From Pseudovirgaria hyperparasitica (lineage: Eukaryota), in assembly GCA_010093815.1 (NCBI GenBank), contig ML996590.1: a stretch of 64,000 nucleotides of DNA; one strand, given 5' to 3'. Below the pieces are notes generated by a model. The model saw nothing but the letters and a program-made list of their open reading frames with translations. It had not been told where the DNA came from and searched no databases. A program made the translations under genes and the position numbers. Position 1 is the stretch's first letter. Each line of letters begins with the position of its first letter. Positions 13,054-24,421 of the stretch are shown here, one piece after another.

Positions 13054-13371
13054 TTACCCCGGGCTAGCGTGTCTGTACCCTTGTAGGATCAAGTTTCTAC
13101 TGCCTTCGTGCTATCTGTATGCATTACTGTTTCTTTCCCAATGCGAGCAGGGATCCTGTCCTAACTCACCGCTCAGCAACAGCTACTACGGGCACCAATC
13201 ACAGTACAGCAGCTTTACAGTATGTCACGAAAGTACACACAGGGAGAAGTATGGACCAGGAGACATGTTATAGTACTTCTCCTTGGTCGTTAATATGGTT
13301 CTGCGACCCAATCCCATCTTCGCAGATCAGGAGGAATATCAGAGGAACGACCTGGCACTTCCGCCCTACTT

Positions 13372-13700
13372 GCTTCGCATAGCCGAACTTCACTCGCCGG
13401 TCAATTCTGCCCGGCCGAATCAGTGCTTTATCGAGCTTCTCGGGATGGTTAGTTGCCCTTCCTACACCTCCAACTTTAGAACCTCCTCGATCAAAGCTCT
13501 CATCTCATGGCCATCAGAATCTGGCAAGCGCCGCTGCGCAGCCTTGTTGGCATCGACATCCTCCAGGAGCACAATACAACGACCTGGAAGATCGTCGAAG
13601 AGCTTCCTGAGCTGACTATCACCCACACTGCCGGCGAGATTCAACTTGTATACATCGAGACCGAAGTAGATAACCCCGACGGTACGGTATATTCACATCA
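13372..13700 (-). pseudogene. BCS1-like AAA ATPase fragment with internal deletions
   Basis: NIPYRRGYL, YFGLDVYKLNL...LFDDLPGRCIVLLEDVDA (Walker B) and ATNHPEKLDKALIRPGRIDRRVKFGYA (SRH); the Walker A segment is absent. Confidence 0.85.
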
Positions 13701-14228
13701 TTCCGGAATATCCATACAGCTTCTTTATTTCTTATATCATTATTGCTAGTCTTGGGACCTTCTTTGGTACACCGAAATTTAAAGCATTGGAGGATTGATA
13801 AATTGGGTGGCTGTCAGTTGAGTGTTCGGTCCATAGATGATGGCTCGGATCGCAAAGATTCGTATGTACCTTATCTAAGTGTGACGGAGCTAAGAAGGGG
13901 GTTTCAGTGGAATCTAGGGGTTGGTCGTCCCGCTATACTGACTCAGTTCTTTGAAGGCCTATATTACCACCATTCCACGTATTACTTCCAAAGAGCCCTC
14001 CTGATGCTACCCTCAAGCACGCGACGTACAGTTTACTGAGGCGCCACTCGTCCTCATACATCTTCAACGCAACCACACTTCCTATCAATCAGTTCAGTTC
14101 AACTTTGGGCCTCTAGTTGAACTGGACTGAAGTACTTCAATTCTAGCCGTCGTAGAATTGGATTGAACTGTCAATCCTAGTAGTAGAATTGAAGTTGAAC
14201 TGGACTGGACTGAAGTGTATCCGTAGAA

Positions 14229-14614
14229 GTGGCTAAAAGTCTTAAAAATAGGTATAATTTGCTTATCCCGGGTGCGTCCGTCCGAACGGCCACATACCCG
14301 ATCATGGTCCACGCAGTATCTGTCCGCGGACAGGTCATTGGTAACGACGACGTCGAGAGAATGGAACAGGCCAACGAGAAGAAATACCCGGGGATAAAGA
14401 TCGAGAAGGCATGGTGGAAGAACACGCAGGGCGTGAAAACAGGGATGAAGAGACACTCCACCATAATAGTGGAGCTAAGGGACCCCGCCCTTGCTCTTCG
14501 GATTACACAGGAAGGTTTTCTAGCCGAAGGGGAACTACTCATGGCCGAACCACGGCATGGGCACTAACACAGTGCTTCAACTGCCAAGGATATGGACACA
14601 CCGGCCAGAGATGC
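14229..14614 (+). mobile_element. LINE (Tad1-like) ORF1/gag fragment
   Basis: YPIMVHAV...STIIVEL...EGFLAEGELLMAE followed, after a frameshift, by zinc knuckle QCFNCQGYGHTGQRC. Confidence 0.8.
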
Positions 14615-14877
14615 TGTTGGAGATTGTGGGAAGATTGTTCCTTGATTGATCTGATTTCCTCCTTTCATGGAGAAGTCGGCTTCTTTTATAGACATGATTT
14701 CAGACTTCAAGGCCTCAATTCAACCCTGAAGTCTTATCCGCCGATATACAGTTATCAGCTTGCTTACATAATACACTGTGGTCGAGGATTGCTCGGCCAA
14801 CTTCTTCATGCCTTATATTTGGGCTGATATTCTGACAGTTGTGCGCCGCAGCTGGTAACTTCAGACAAACTCAGTCC
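14615..14877 (+). repeat. ~260-bp dispersed LTR-like repeat, copy 1 of 3
   Basis: Starts TGTTGGA, has TTCAGACA near its end; copies at 37731-37990 and partial at 32170-32316 share the left boundary; no TSD found. Confidence 0.7.
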
Positions 14878-14919
14878 TTGCCCGCAAGTCAAACCACCGC
14901 CATACTAACAGTACTAGGT

Positions 14920-15483
14920 CCTCGCTGTCATTGATATCGGACTATGAATCTGTACTTCACATCTTCATTTATCCTCTTACCGCTCAGCCCCGCCATTAGC
15001 GGCGGTGAAGTCGGCAAGATGATGGTTGTCTTCATCGTCGGGTATGTGGCGCAATATGTTGTCACGGCATATACCTCACGGCTGTTGCAGCTTGGCATGG
15101 AAAAGGTGCGACGAAGCGAATTTGTGGCGACTGAAGATGAGGCTGAGTCTGAGACTGCATCTGAGCGCATGGCTGAGGACGACGAGAAGAGGGCTAGCGA
15201 GTCGAGTCAAGCGCCTATGTTGAGTGAGCTGGGTCCTCAAGCTTTGAGGGTGCTTAGTGTGGAGAAGGGTGCGAAGAGGAAGGTCCAGCGTACGTGTCTC
15301 GCGCGGATGCAACCACGAGATAAGTCTTTAGCATAGGTGATGTTGGACTTTGTGAAGGGCTGGGAGGCGCATACATGGGCGTACCTGTTCTTCTTTGTGT
15401 TTATCAGCATACCCATCTACTATGCGACAGGATATACGATGCCGATCTTCCTGTCGCTGACGGTGCTTTGCTTTTTGATGGCA
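14920..15483 (+). pseudogene. Fungal LrgB/CidB-like membrane protein fragment
   Basis: NLYFTSSFILLPLSPAISGGEVGKMMVVFIVGYV and YLFFFVFISIPIYYATGYTMP match the fungal LrgB-like family; in-frame TAG at 15334-15336; both ends missing. Confidence 0.7.
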
Positions 15484-15625
15484 GATGCTGGCTCGGTAGT
15501 CTGCAAGGTTAATCATATTCTGTACACATATGTCGTGTCTCGACTGTACTAATGGCGACCCAGACTGTACCTAAACACACAGTTGCGGCGGGCAACCCGG
15601 CCCAAGTTCTTCGCGGAGTCTGGGG
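15484..15625 (+). pseudogene. C-terminal fragment of maltose/galactoside O-acetyltransferase (hexapeptide-repeat family)
   Basis: AGSVVCK | intron (GTTAAT..CTAAT..CAG) | TVPKHTVAAGNPAQVLRGV matches the GAGSVVTKDVP...AGNPARVIR motif. Confidence 0.75.
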
Positions 15626-16504
15626 CCCTGAAGAAAGGCCGTCCCTGAGGGGAGCAGTCGTAGTCAGAGGCACCTCATCGACCACCAGGATACTACGCAT
15701 TGATCACCTACTCAGCCACCGCTTTTGCCTCTGTCTATCTGCGACGCCAACATTAAAGCCAAGGAGCCAAGAGCTCTTTACGCTCCTCACACGCGTCCGA
15801 ATATTGAATTGAATCGTATCGCCCAGTCGAGGTGCAGCTGGCATGTTTACGATTCTGCACCCACCTAATCGACCATCGTGTGGGGCGTGAATATAAAAGC
15901 CCACTGATATGTGGCCTTGCTGTGCTGGGGGTGAAAGAGTGTGGCTGGAAGTATGCTAATGGCCGCGTGTCCCCTCGCACAACATATCGAGAATCACACC
16001 ATGGAAGGTGTTGTACAGCTACCGTTGAAACTGGTAGGTACTCTGTAGACGTTCTACTCTTCACCTGTACTCCATCGAAATCACAGCAAGCAGATCCTGA
16101 ACCAATGGTAATTACGACGTAACTTTATCGGCTATAAATTGTCTGACAGAATACAAGTCGACTGACTTGTTAGTTGGTATAGTTGTCAGATGTGATGGTT
16201 GCACATCGACATATTCCGCAATATTGATTAATTGTTTGGTTAACTTAGTTGGTTGGATTTCCATTTGGCTTTGTAGGGTCGTGGTCCTATATAGCCCCAC
16301 TTCTAGCTAAGCGAATCTACCAAACTGCTTCCTGATTGAAACCAGACCTCTTCTGCCCTCATGGCATTCCCTCTATTTCGTTCATGCTAACCTCCCCGTT
16401 TTGAGTGCGAACCTAATCACCGCGTACTATATCCAGCTTTGGTCTCTATTAGCAGTCCGTCGTACGTCTCTTTCCCTTCCTTGATCATGTCCGCGCGAAG
16501 GTGT

Positions 16505-16805
16505 TCGTACATAGAAGAACATGATCACACCTTGTCCATCGGTAAACAAGCATGGCACCCCCTCAACCACGGTGTACCCTAGCTCGGTGGCTGCCTTTAG
16601 AGTCTTATATCATAAGAGAGGGCTTGGTTTGAGTCCGTACAGGGCCTTTTTTAGTCTCAGAAGGTATCCAGATTGTTGTAGCCAACGTTGAGGCCCTTTT
16701 GTCGAGCGCTGTGAAGTGGAGGTCTAGCTTTATACCGATCGAGATAGCCAATGACGTCGTCTTTATTGTCCCGCACCCACTTCAATGTTCCCTTGAGTAT
16801 CACCT
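16505..16805 (-). mobile_element. Ty1/Copia reverse transcriptase relic, internally deleted
   Basis: LKWVRDNKDDVIGYLDRYKAR, LLRLKKALYGLKPSP and ELGYTVVEGVPCLFTDGQGVIMFFYV compressed into ~300 bp. Confidence 0.85.
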
Positions 16806-17189
16806 TTCCGTCTGCTTCGAGAATTTAATAGTCTCGAGGGGTCTCAAAGCATGCAGGATTTTACATTCACCTGAATCCGCTTCTTTTCTGAGCGTATGGA
16901 CATGTTCCGTCAAGAAAACTAGTCTATTTCTCATCTGGTTTCATGGTATCACGTGCACAGTGTGCTAAGCCTTTGTAGCATCAAACGTATGATCACGAAG
17001 TTCAACAACTCCCATGAAGCTTTTTTCCCCGTGAAGCAAGATCATCCAATCAGAACTTCGATCTCTCAGTCGATATTAGGACCGGATATCTGTGCTTGGT
17101 AACGCTGTACTTACGCCAGAAGCACTCTTATATCCTGATTGGCGGCGCTGCCTCCGTTGATCTCTGCACGATATTCGATGATGGTTTCG

Positions 17190-19395
17190 CAGTATTACTT
17201 GATCTATCCTGGCCTACCAATCATAGCATTTCACTACGGACTCCAATGACTAGTGTCCGAACATTCTCTGTCCTACTATTATCAGGCTGCAATACTTCCG
17301 TATCTTATATATTATGCCTAGGCTGCGAAGTCTCACGAACCGCGTCCACGTCGTCGCAGCTGGGCAATGCCTCCTCGGAGGTAGCAAGAGGTTCGGAGCG
17401 GCGTTGATGGCGACCTCGTCGTCGCTGGGTGGGTGGTTGCAGAGTTTTCGCGACGCGTCACTCTACAGGGACCACACCGCAACAAACCAGCTGGGACAGC
17501 ATACACTTCCATCCTGTTCTCAATCAACGCGTCAAGAGGAGTCCACGAGGATACCGGGATAAGAAAACCACCCGACGCGCTGCTGCTGTGTCGAAAGCAG
17601 GCCTGAATCTACCATACCATATGGGTAGAGAAAGCGGAAGTCCCAGCAGCGCGACAGGACACCTCGAGGCTTGAATGGCTCTGGGTGCGTGAGGATCAGC
17701 GAGAAATCACGTCGAGGGCAACTACAGACTGCTGCTGATGAACTTGCTAAGGCTGACTCTCCTGCAGTGTTAAACTACGTTTGTTAAGCTGCCCAGCGCG
17801 ACCACCAGCAGCGCGACTCTGTTAAGACCTTTCGCTCGATACGAGATACCACTTACACCGTAGATAGGTAGAGTGGCTCCCGCGCACGAGAGATGTCACA
17901 GTCTACCGTGGGAGGCAGGATACTAGTGCACACAGACAATGGTACACGGACACAGGCAAGAGGCGGCTACAGGGACCCATCAAAAAGCAGTGGAAACAAG
18001 TCGGGTTAGTAGGTAGAGGATGCTTGAGTCGCCTAGGCGCGTCACGCGAGTGTACACGTATGGGATTCAAAGGATGCTCGCCTGCAAGACACGGTCGGCC
18101 CATCGTGGAGAGATCCTCATGGGCAACGCGAAACCGGATAGCAGCCATGCTTGAAGGCGGGGCGTGGTATATAGTAGTGACTGCTGGCTCCAAGGACCTC
18201 ACCCCTTCAATGGGCTCTGACCTTTGGTGTACCTAGAAGTAGGCGGGATCACGTCCTGGCCGGGGAGACTACTATATGGCCCGAGAGAACGGATGCGCGT
18301 GTCGATTCATGAAGAGACAGAACGTGTCGCTAGGCACGCACGCTGGTGACATGGGTTTAAGGAGCAAACCTCGCAGTTTCCTGGCTGGAGGAGGCGTCGT
18401 GCCCCTCTTCTAGTAGAGCCGGATGTATAAGCCCAGAGGGGATGAGATAAGGCGAAAACAGGAGCAGGGCCTGATGGTATAGGGCACGTCGAACCTGCAG
18501 AAGTCATCCGACTTCGAACTGGAGGCGCCGAGTTGCGCACGCGAATTCGCATACACTGCCAGGCACTTCCACGAACAGGCCGAACAAGACTACGGTACCA
18601 GTGCTCCGTGGAGATAGACTCAAATACAACCGCGCGAGAAATCAGGAATAACCCAGACGTCCTCCTAAGCCTGAGATCGTGGATATATGACAAACAGAGG
18701 GAGGTGCTACGCTCCCAATGGGCCTCCCAACAGGACAGGTATCCACAATGGATCCAAGGACCATGGAAGGAGCCAAGTAAATGGATGTACAAAGGGCTTA
18801 CAAAGGCCCAGGCATCTATACTCCATCAAGCCCGTATGGGTGTCATGGGGCTTCCACACTACTTACACCTAAGAGGCGTTCCAAACGCGTCCCCGTGGTG
18901 CGAAGGGTGTGGGCGGAGAGGTACCATACGACACTACCTCGCAATATGCCCCGATCTATACACTCAAAGACAATCACTTATCCACACGACTAAGACCTCT
19001 GACATCACACGATGGCTTAACGAATACCCTAGGAACGTCGCCCAGTGGATGCTAGCGCATCTCCCTCTCCCCCAGTACCAATGGACGAGGACATATATAC
19101 CGGAAGAAGCCCGGTACACGCCGGGAAGACCCCGAGAAAACTCCGATTATTAGTCAAGGGCTGCCCTTGACTAATAATCCCCGCACCTGCACGTGCTGCC
19201 TGAGGGCAAAACCACGGTAACACAGGCTGTAGGCCTATGGGTTACTCCTATGGCTGTATACATATATAGGCAAAGTTTTTCCTACATGTAGGTTTCTTCT
19301 TATATAATAGCTTAGACTAGAGGAGGCATACGCCTGTAGAGTATTACTCTACCTAGTTATACAATATTATTATATTATTATTATTATTATTATTA
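17190..19395 (+). mobile_element. LINE (Tad1-like) relic(s): scattered EN/RT/RNase H remnants, open C-terminal zinc region, (TAT)n tail
   Basis: DLSW/SWAT, AGPDGI and VEGN..AADELAKA remnants; ORF 18533-19153 with ASILHQARMG...CEGC...TIRHYLAICP; (TAT)n at 19364-19395. Left boundary approximate. Confidence 0.8.
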
Positions 19396-19961
19396 GCTGC
19401 CTTAATGCTTCAAGCAATGGAAACGCTCGACATGAGCAGGGATATGTATATCGTTATCTGTGGGAGTACAGTGTGGTCTCGTTATAATGATGCCAAGAAA
19501 GCCTCATTACGGCACGTGCGCGAGTTGAAGTTAAGGCCGCATTGACCACTTTTCACCAAAATTTCACTCGTTATAACGCTATATTGCTAGAAAATTGATC
19601 AAAAATACCATATCGTTATGGCGAGACCGCACTGTACATCTGTACAGGTTCCGCGCACGCCATACGGCACAATGAAGCATTTCCAAGCGTGCGGATTGCC
19701 CCGCTTTCTGTGTCACACTGGCAAGGCTGTAAAAGATATGCTGTGCCACACCACGACCAACCCTCGCTTCCACCTCCGAGCCCATCTATCTTCCCACGCT
19801 CAAAGTCCGGCCAACTTCAATATTAAGAAAACATCGAAGAAGCGTGACGTACTGGACAACCACTCCGGCATTTTGTTCACTGACTTCATCATCCGGATGT
19901 TCTCGGCGCCTTTCACGGGCTTCCATTGCACACTTGAGCAGTCCTATGTCACAGTTCGAAG

Positions 19962-20940
19962 ATGTACGACGAATATGAGTGCGAAACATGCGAGCGAGAA
20001 TTCGTCAGCCAACATGCTGCAAACCAGCATATGGATGCGCTTAGTCACTGGGCGCCACGGTTTGAATGCGAAACATGCGATCGCGAATTCGATACTCAAC
20101 GGTCCGCCAACCAGCACACGGACGATAGCAAACACTGGACACCTCAATTCGAATGCGAGACTTGTGATCGGAGGTTCCATAGTCAGAATGCTGCCACTCA
20201 GCATATGAACGATAAGGGCCATTGGGCTCCACAGATCAAATGCGAGATATGTGATCGAAGGTTCCATAATCAAAATTCTGCTAATCAGCATATGGATGCC
20301 TTAAATCACTGGAAAAGCAAATATTGTGGTGCTTGTGACAGAGGTTTTACGAACGAGAACAACCTCGAGATGGTTAGCTCCTCATGCTGCTCGCAGAGAT
20401 CGCTTGTTGCTATTTCCACTATTCACTAACACTATTAAGCATCTCAGCTCGAGCATCCACCGCGGGACTCAGGTACAGTGCCATTTTTGCAAGGGGCCTT
20501 TCACCTCAGCCAGCGGGCTATCCCACCTTGAATCTGCTTCATGCTCCAGAGCCAACAATCTTAATCGAGAAAAGATTTACCGGGCAATTAGGAACCGCGA
20601 TTCCGGAGGTATAATAACGATGGAAATCATTGAGTATCCTGAGTTCGAGACTCAGAATATTGCGACAGGTGCCACGTGGAATGGGTTTAGCTATGAATGC
20701 TATCTTTGCCATCGAGAATTCGACACTGTTCGACAGCTTAATCAGCATCTGGGCTCGCCAGCTCATAGCCAAAAGCTGTATCATTGTTCAAACGGTAAGT
20801 GTGGCAGTGAATTTGTCAGCCTCGCCGCACTTTTCAATCACCTCGAAAGCGAGAGCTGTAATCTTGTGCGTTTTGAGAAGGTCCAACAGAATTTCCATAG
20901 TCTTATTACAGGACGACAGAAACTTCTGGGTTTTACATGA
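19962..20940 (+). CDS. C2H2 zinc-finger array protein, 2 exons (19962-20372, 20440-20940), 303 aa
   Basis: Tandem CxxC..F......QHM...HW fingers, then CHFC, CYLC..HLGSPAH and CGSEF..HLESESC; intron GTTAGC..CTAAC..AAG joins the two ORFs in frame. Confidence 0.85.
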
Positions 20941-21151
20941 TTCAGGAATGACGATGTTATGCAAAAGGTAGAGCTTGAGCTCGGAGATATGAATACCCAC
21001 TCCTTTCACCCTTTCCAATACTCTTTATTGTATGTGACCTATGCCATACTCTCCTGATATATTCATCTTCATTGCCCGTATAGCTTGAGTTCACATATAC
21101 ACCCGGCTGCTTAACCTCATCCTATTCGTAATAAAGACATTGAGCATGTTA

Positions 21152-21538
21152 TTATGTCTTCCTCTCGTCTCTTCTCAGTGGTGTCTCCTCGTTAATTCTT
21201 TCCGCCTCTTCTCTTCCTACAGACTCCCCCCCCCCCCCAGCCTCGACATTGCCCACTCTTTCGCCTCGACCCATTATTCTCCGGAATTCATGCGCCTGCG
21301 ATTTCCGCATCCGTCTATAGCGTACATACATCGCTGGAGAAATCTTCTTAACCAGCCAATGCACAAGTGGTAGTAGCACAGTCGCACTCCAGATCACCAT
21401 CGGCATTATGGCCTGGAAGCTCGCAAAGGCACTCTGCCGGTCGAGAGACAGCAGACCCGTAATGACCAAAAAATCGTAACCGTCAAAAAGGTCGAAGTCT
21501 TCTGTGTGCAGGGAGTTGAATGCGAATATGCCGAACAA
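21152..21538 (-). CDS. Possible exon of a hypothetical membrane protein
   Basis: Hydrophobic helices followed by a charged tail; no family recognised. Confidence 0.3.
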   Translation of the reverse strand: MFGIFAFNSLHTEDFDLFDGYDFLVITGLLSLDRQSAFASFQAIMPMVIWSATVLLPLVHWLVKKISPAMYVRYRRMRKSQAHEFRRIMGRGERVGNVEAGGGGESVGREEAERINEETPLRRDERKT

Positions 21539-22502
21539 GAAGGAGATGAGGTAAAGGACGAAGGAGAACGTATCAGGACAAAGAACAATGTAAGGTGCTA
21601 TTGCCTACAGTCGAGGTTATCAGTAACTTATGCTCCTTTCATCGGCAGAGTAAGTTACAGTAAGACATGAGGAGTAAAGTTGAGCTTACAACTAGCACAG
21701 CACCAAGATCTACGGTGTCTTCACTTGTCCCGGTCATGCAGGGATGTGATAGTGTCGAATTGGCACCGGTTAGCGAAGGTCTTGCAGCTGAGGTGAGGAT
21801 GGAATTGCCCTAGGGGCGGTAACAAGTGATTGCGATTGCGCAGTAGAAGGTTAAAATGGCGATGATGAACTGGAAGAGGCAAATATCAATCCTGAGACGT
21901 CGTTGCAGCGTAGCCGCGCTGGCTCTGAAGCCCTCGTCCTGTGACATTTAATATAACATATGAGCTCGTAAGATGGCCTAAATAGAAAATGCAAAGCTGT
22001 ACAAAGTAATCGTAACACTTATGACACAGGATATTTGAGGTTGTGCAGATTTAAAGCCTGAAAGGAGATCCTGGACTTTGGGAAAGGCTGCAGCCTCCGC
22101 CAAGACCAGCCTAGGTGACGGGCTTGCAACGCCTCCGGCAAACGACGGAAAGCCTTTGCACAGGCTGCACAAATGATCTCGTTCAGAGACATAATAATAA
22201 CGGACAAACTTAGCCTACGCGTCATCGCTTGTGGCACTGCAATGGATTTTCGCAATCTGAAAGTCACGATAGGACGTTAGGACTCACGCACGTCATGGAG
22301 TACGTGGGAGTCTATTGGGGCTTGCTCCTACCGTGTCAGGTGCCCGCTGTGACACCGGCGCTTCCGGGCCTTACCCCGCGTTCAAGAAGAGTACTTTCAC
22401 CACGATGTTGGTCGTCAGTCCATCTTCGACACCCATGGCGGTGAATCATGATCCGGAAATGATATCGCCGGCAGAGACGTGCCGCAGACTGTCAGATATA
22501 CA

Positions 22503-23879
22503 ATGGATTACGGTCGATCCGCTGAGAGCCTGGCTCCCCAAGGACCGATCTCATTGATCAAACTCATTCGTATATTGCTTTCGGTCGAAGAAGCAGAGCA
22601 AATACAGCGTCAATTTGACCATGAGTGCCGTAAAGACTCGCAAGTGTTGTGGACTGGCATACCACGCGAAAAGGCCCAAGCATGGGCCGACAAGAGGAAT
22701 CTTCAAACCTTGACAACAGTAATGGGCCCACTGATGGATGAGCGACACTCGTCTTGCTTGAAACCGAAAAAATCGGCCCGTCAATGGACCATCTACGTGA
22801 AAGGCGCATCCGCCCTGTTCGCATGCCACATACTAAAGAGCTCAAAAGTTACCGTCCTGTCACCCCCTCCGCCGGAGAAGCTTAATCCAAGTGGATATAC
22901 GAATTACCAGCTCATCGAGGAACCCATCTTGAAGGGTGTGATCGGTGGCCGCTGTGTGAAGTCTATTCATATGATACATCCAACTGTCAAAGGGGCCGAA
23001 GAGTTCAGCTACCAAAGTTGGCCGATCGATAGGACTCAAGAGTGGGCCGAAAAATTCCCATCACCAGAGATAGTGCGGATTCCATGGAGACTTGTCAAGA
23101 TCTTGCCAGAAATGCAGCACATCAGGGCGATAGTGACCATTGCTGGCAACGACAATTTCGTTGATCCTAGGTCACACCTCCCATCACAAGCTCTTGATTT
23201 CGCAACAGTGACTACCCTAGAGGCGGTTTGTGAAGTCAGATTTTACCTGACGCTACATGTTGATCACGTAAATGCTGATTCCCTACAGTGCTCTAAACCT
23301 GATGGTTCACATGTCCAGAAAGTGACCTGTGATATCGCGGCGACGAGGCTCACAGAAGAGATTGCAATGAGAAAGAGAAAGGTTGATAAGGAAATAATGA
23401 CAACCAGTAAGCCAAAGCGCAAGAAAGAGAATGAGGAGAAGGAAAGGAAAGCAAGAGAGGATAAGGCGAAGAGGAAGATGGAAAATATGGAGAAGGAGAA
23501 GAAGGCTAAGGAACAAAAGGTAAAGAGAGAGAGGCAAAAGGCACAGCAGAAGATAGAGAACAAGGAGAAGGAAAAGAAAGCACGGGAAGAGAAAGCGAGG
23601 AGGAAGATGGAAAGCAAGGAGAAGGAGAAGAAGGCCAAGGAAGACAAATTGAAAAAAGAGAAGATCAGGGCTCAGCGGAAGAAAGAAAACGAAGAAAAGG
23701 TAAAAAGAGCAAAGGAAGCTAAAGTGAAGAGGAAGATGGAGAACAGGGAGAAGGAGAAGCGCGCCAGGGAAGAAAAGCTGAGGAGAGACAATGCAAAGGC
23801 ACAGCAGAAGAAAGAGAATGAGGACAAGCAAACACGTACAACGAAAGACAAAGCGGGGAAAGCAGGCCAAAAACGATAA
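22503..23879 (+). CDS. Putative ADP-ribosyl cyclase/NADase-like (CD38/Tox-ARC) domain plus long Lys/Glu/Arg coiled coil
   Basis: Uninterrupted ORF (22479-23879, first ATG 22503). Ordered motifs VLWTG, QTLTTVMG, ASALFA, KVTVL, TNYQLIEEPIL, VKSIHMIH parallel the CD38 motifs; C-terminal ~150 aa are repetitive charged helix. Confidence 0.6.
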   Translation: MDYGRSAESLAPQGPISLIKLIRILLSVEEAEQIQRQFDHECRKDSQVLWTGIPREKAQAWADKRNLQTLTTVMGPLMDERHSSCLKPKKSARQWTIYVKGASALFACHILKSSKVTVLSPPPPEKLNPSGYTNYQLIEEPILKGVIGGRCVKSIHMIHPTVKGAEEFSYQSWPIDRTQEWAEKFPSPEIVRIPWRLVKILPEMQHIRAIVTIAGNDNFVDPRSHLPSQALDFATVTTLEAVCEVRFYLTLHVDHVNADSLQCSKPDGSHVQKVTCDIAATRLTEEIAMRKRKVDKEIMTTSKPKRKKENEEKERKAREDKAKRKMENMEKEKKAKEQKVKRERQKAQQKIENKEKEKKAREEKARRKMESKEKEKKAKEDKLKKEKIRAQRKKENEEKVKRAKEAKVKRKMENREKEKRAREEKLRRDNAKAQQKKENEDKQTRTTKDKAGKAGQKR

Positions 23880-24421
23880 CAAGCAGCATTGAGAATGGAA
23901 ATTCAAGAAGCAAAGGATTAAAAAGCTGTGGTGAACAAGGCGACAGTATGCCGCTTGAGCTGCATACTACGAAGGAAGTCCGTTATCATTGGTACAGGTT
24001 GCATACAGAATTGACTTCCGCGCAGACAGCGGCAAGAAAAAGTTTCTGGAGCCAGTCACCCAGGACCTTGGACTGAGCATTCACTATTCAGTCAGCTTAT
24101 CGGCCTCATCTGAGCCTCTCTTAGCAGCCGGTCGATATTGTGTACTTACCGTTAGCCGTATGGGTGTTCATTTAATGCTGTACTGCTAGTGTTGAATATT
24201 TACAGCTTAGACACCCCAATGAAAGCGACAAATGCAAACGTAGCTGCAGGCACGTGACAGCTGAGTCAGACGCCAAGGCTGACGTTTGTGGGGTATCTCA
24301 ACGAAGCCTCACTTGTGTGCCCATTGCCATCACGTACTTGAAAACGCTATACAAAAGCTACACATGGCCTTAAGAAAGAGATTTCATCGAGGCGTATTAC
24401 GTCCCTGTATAGTACACCACA

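Noticed and set aside
14085..14220. Cluster of GAACTGGACTGAAGT-like short repeats
   Set aside because: Probably a TE subterminal remnant, but no partner end or TSD was found. The same holds for the ACTCCGGAGT palindromes at 60853-60902.
23264..23913. Hydrophobic minus-strand ORFs resembling membrane proteins
   Set aside because: Antisense shadow of the Lys/Glu-rich coiled coil. Likewise ORF 29029-29442(+) shadows the Spok coiled coil.
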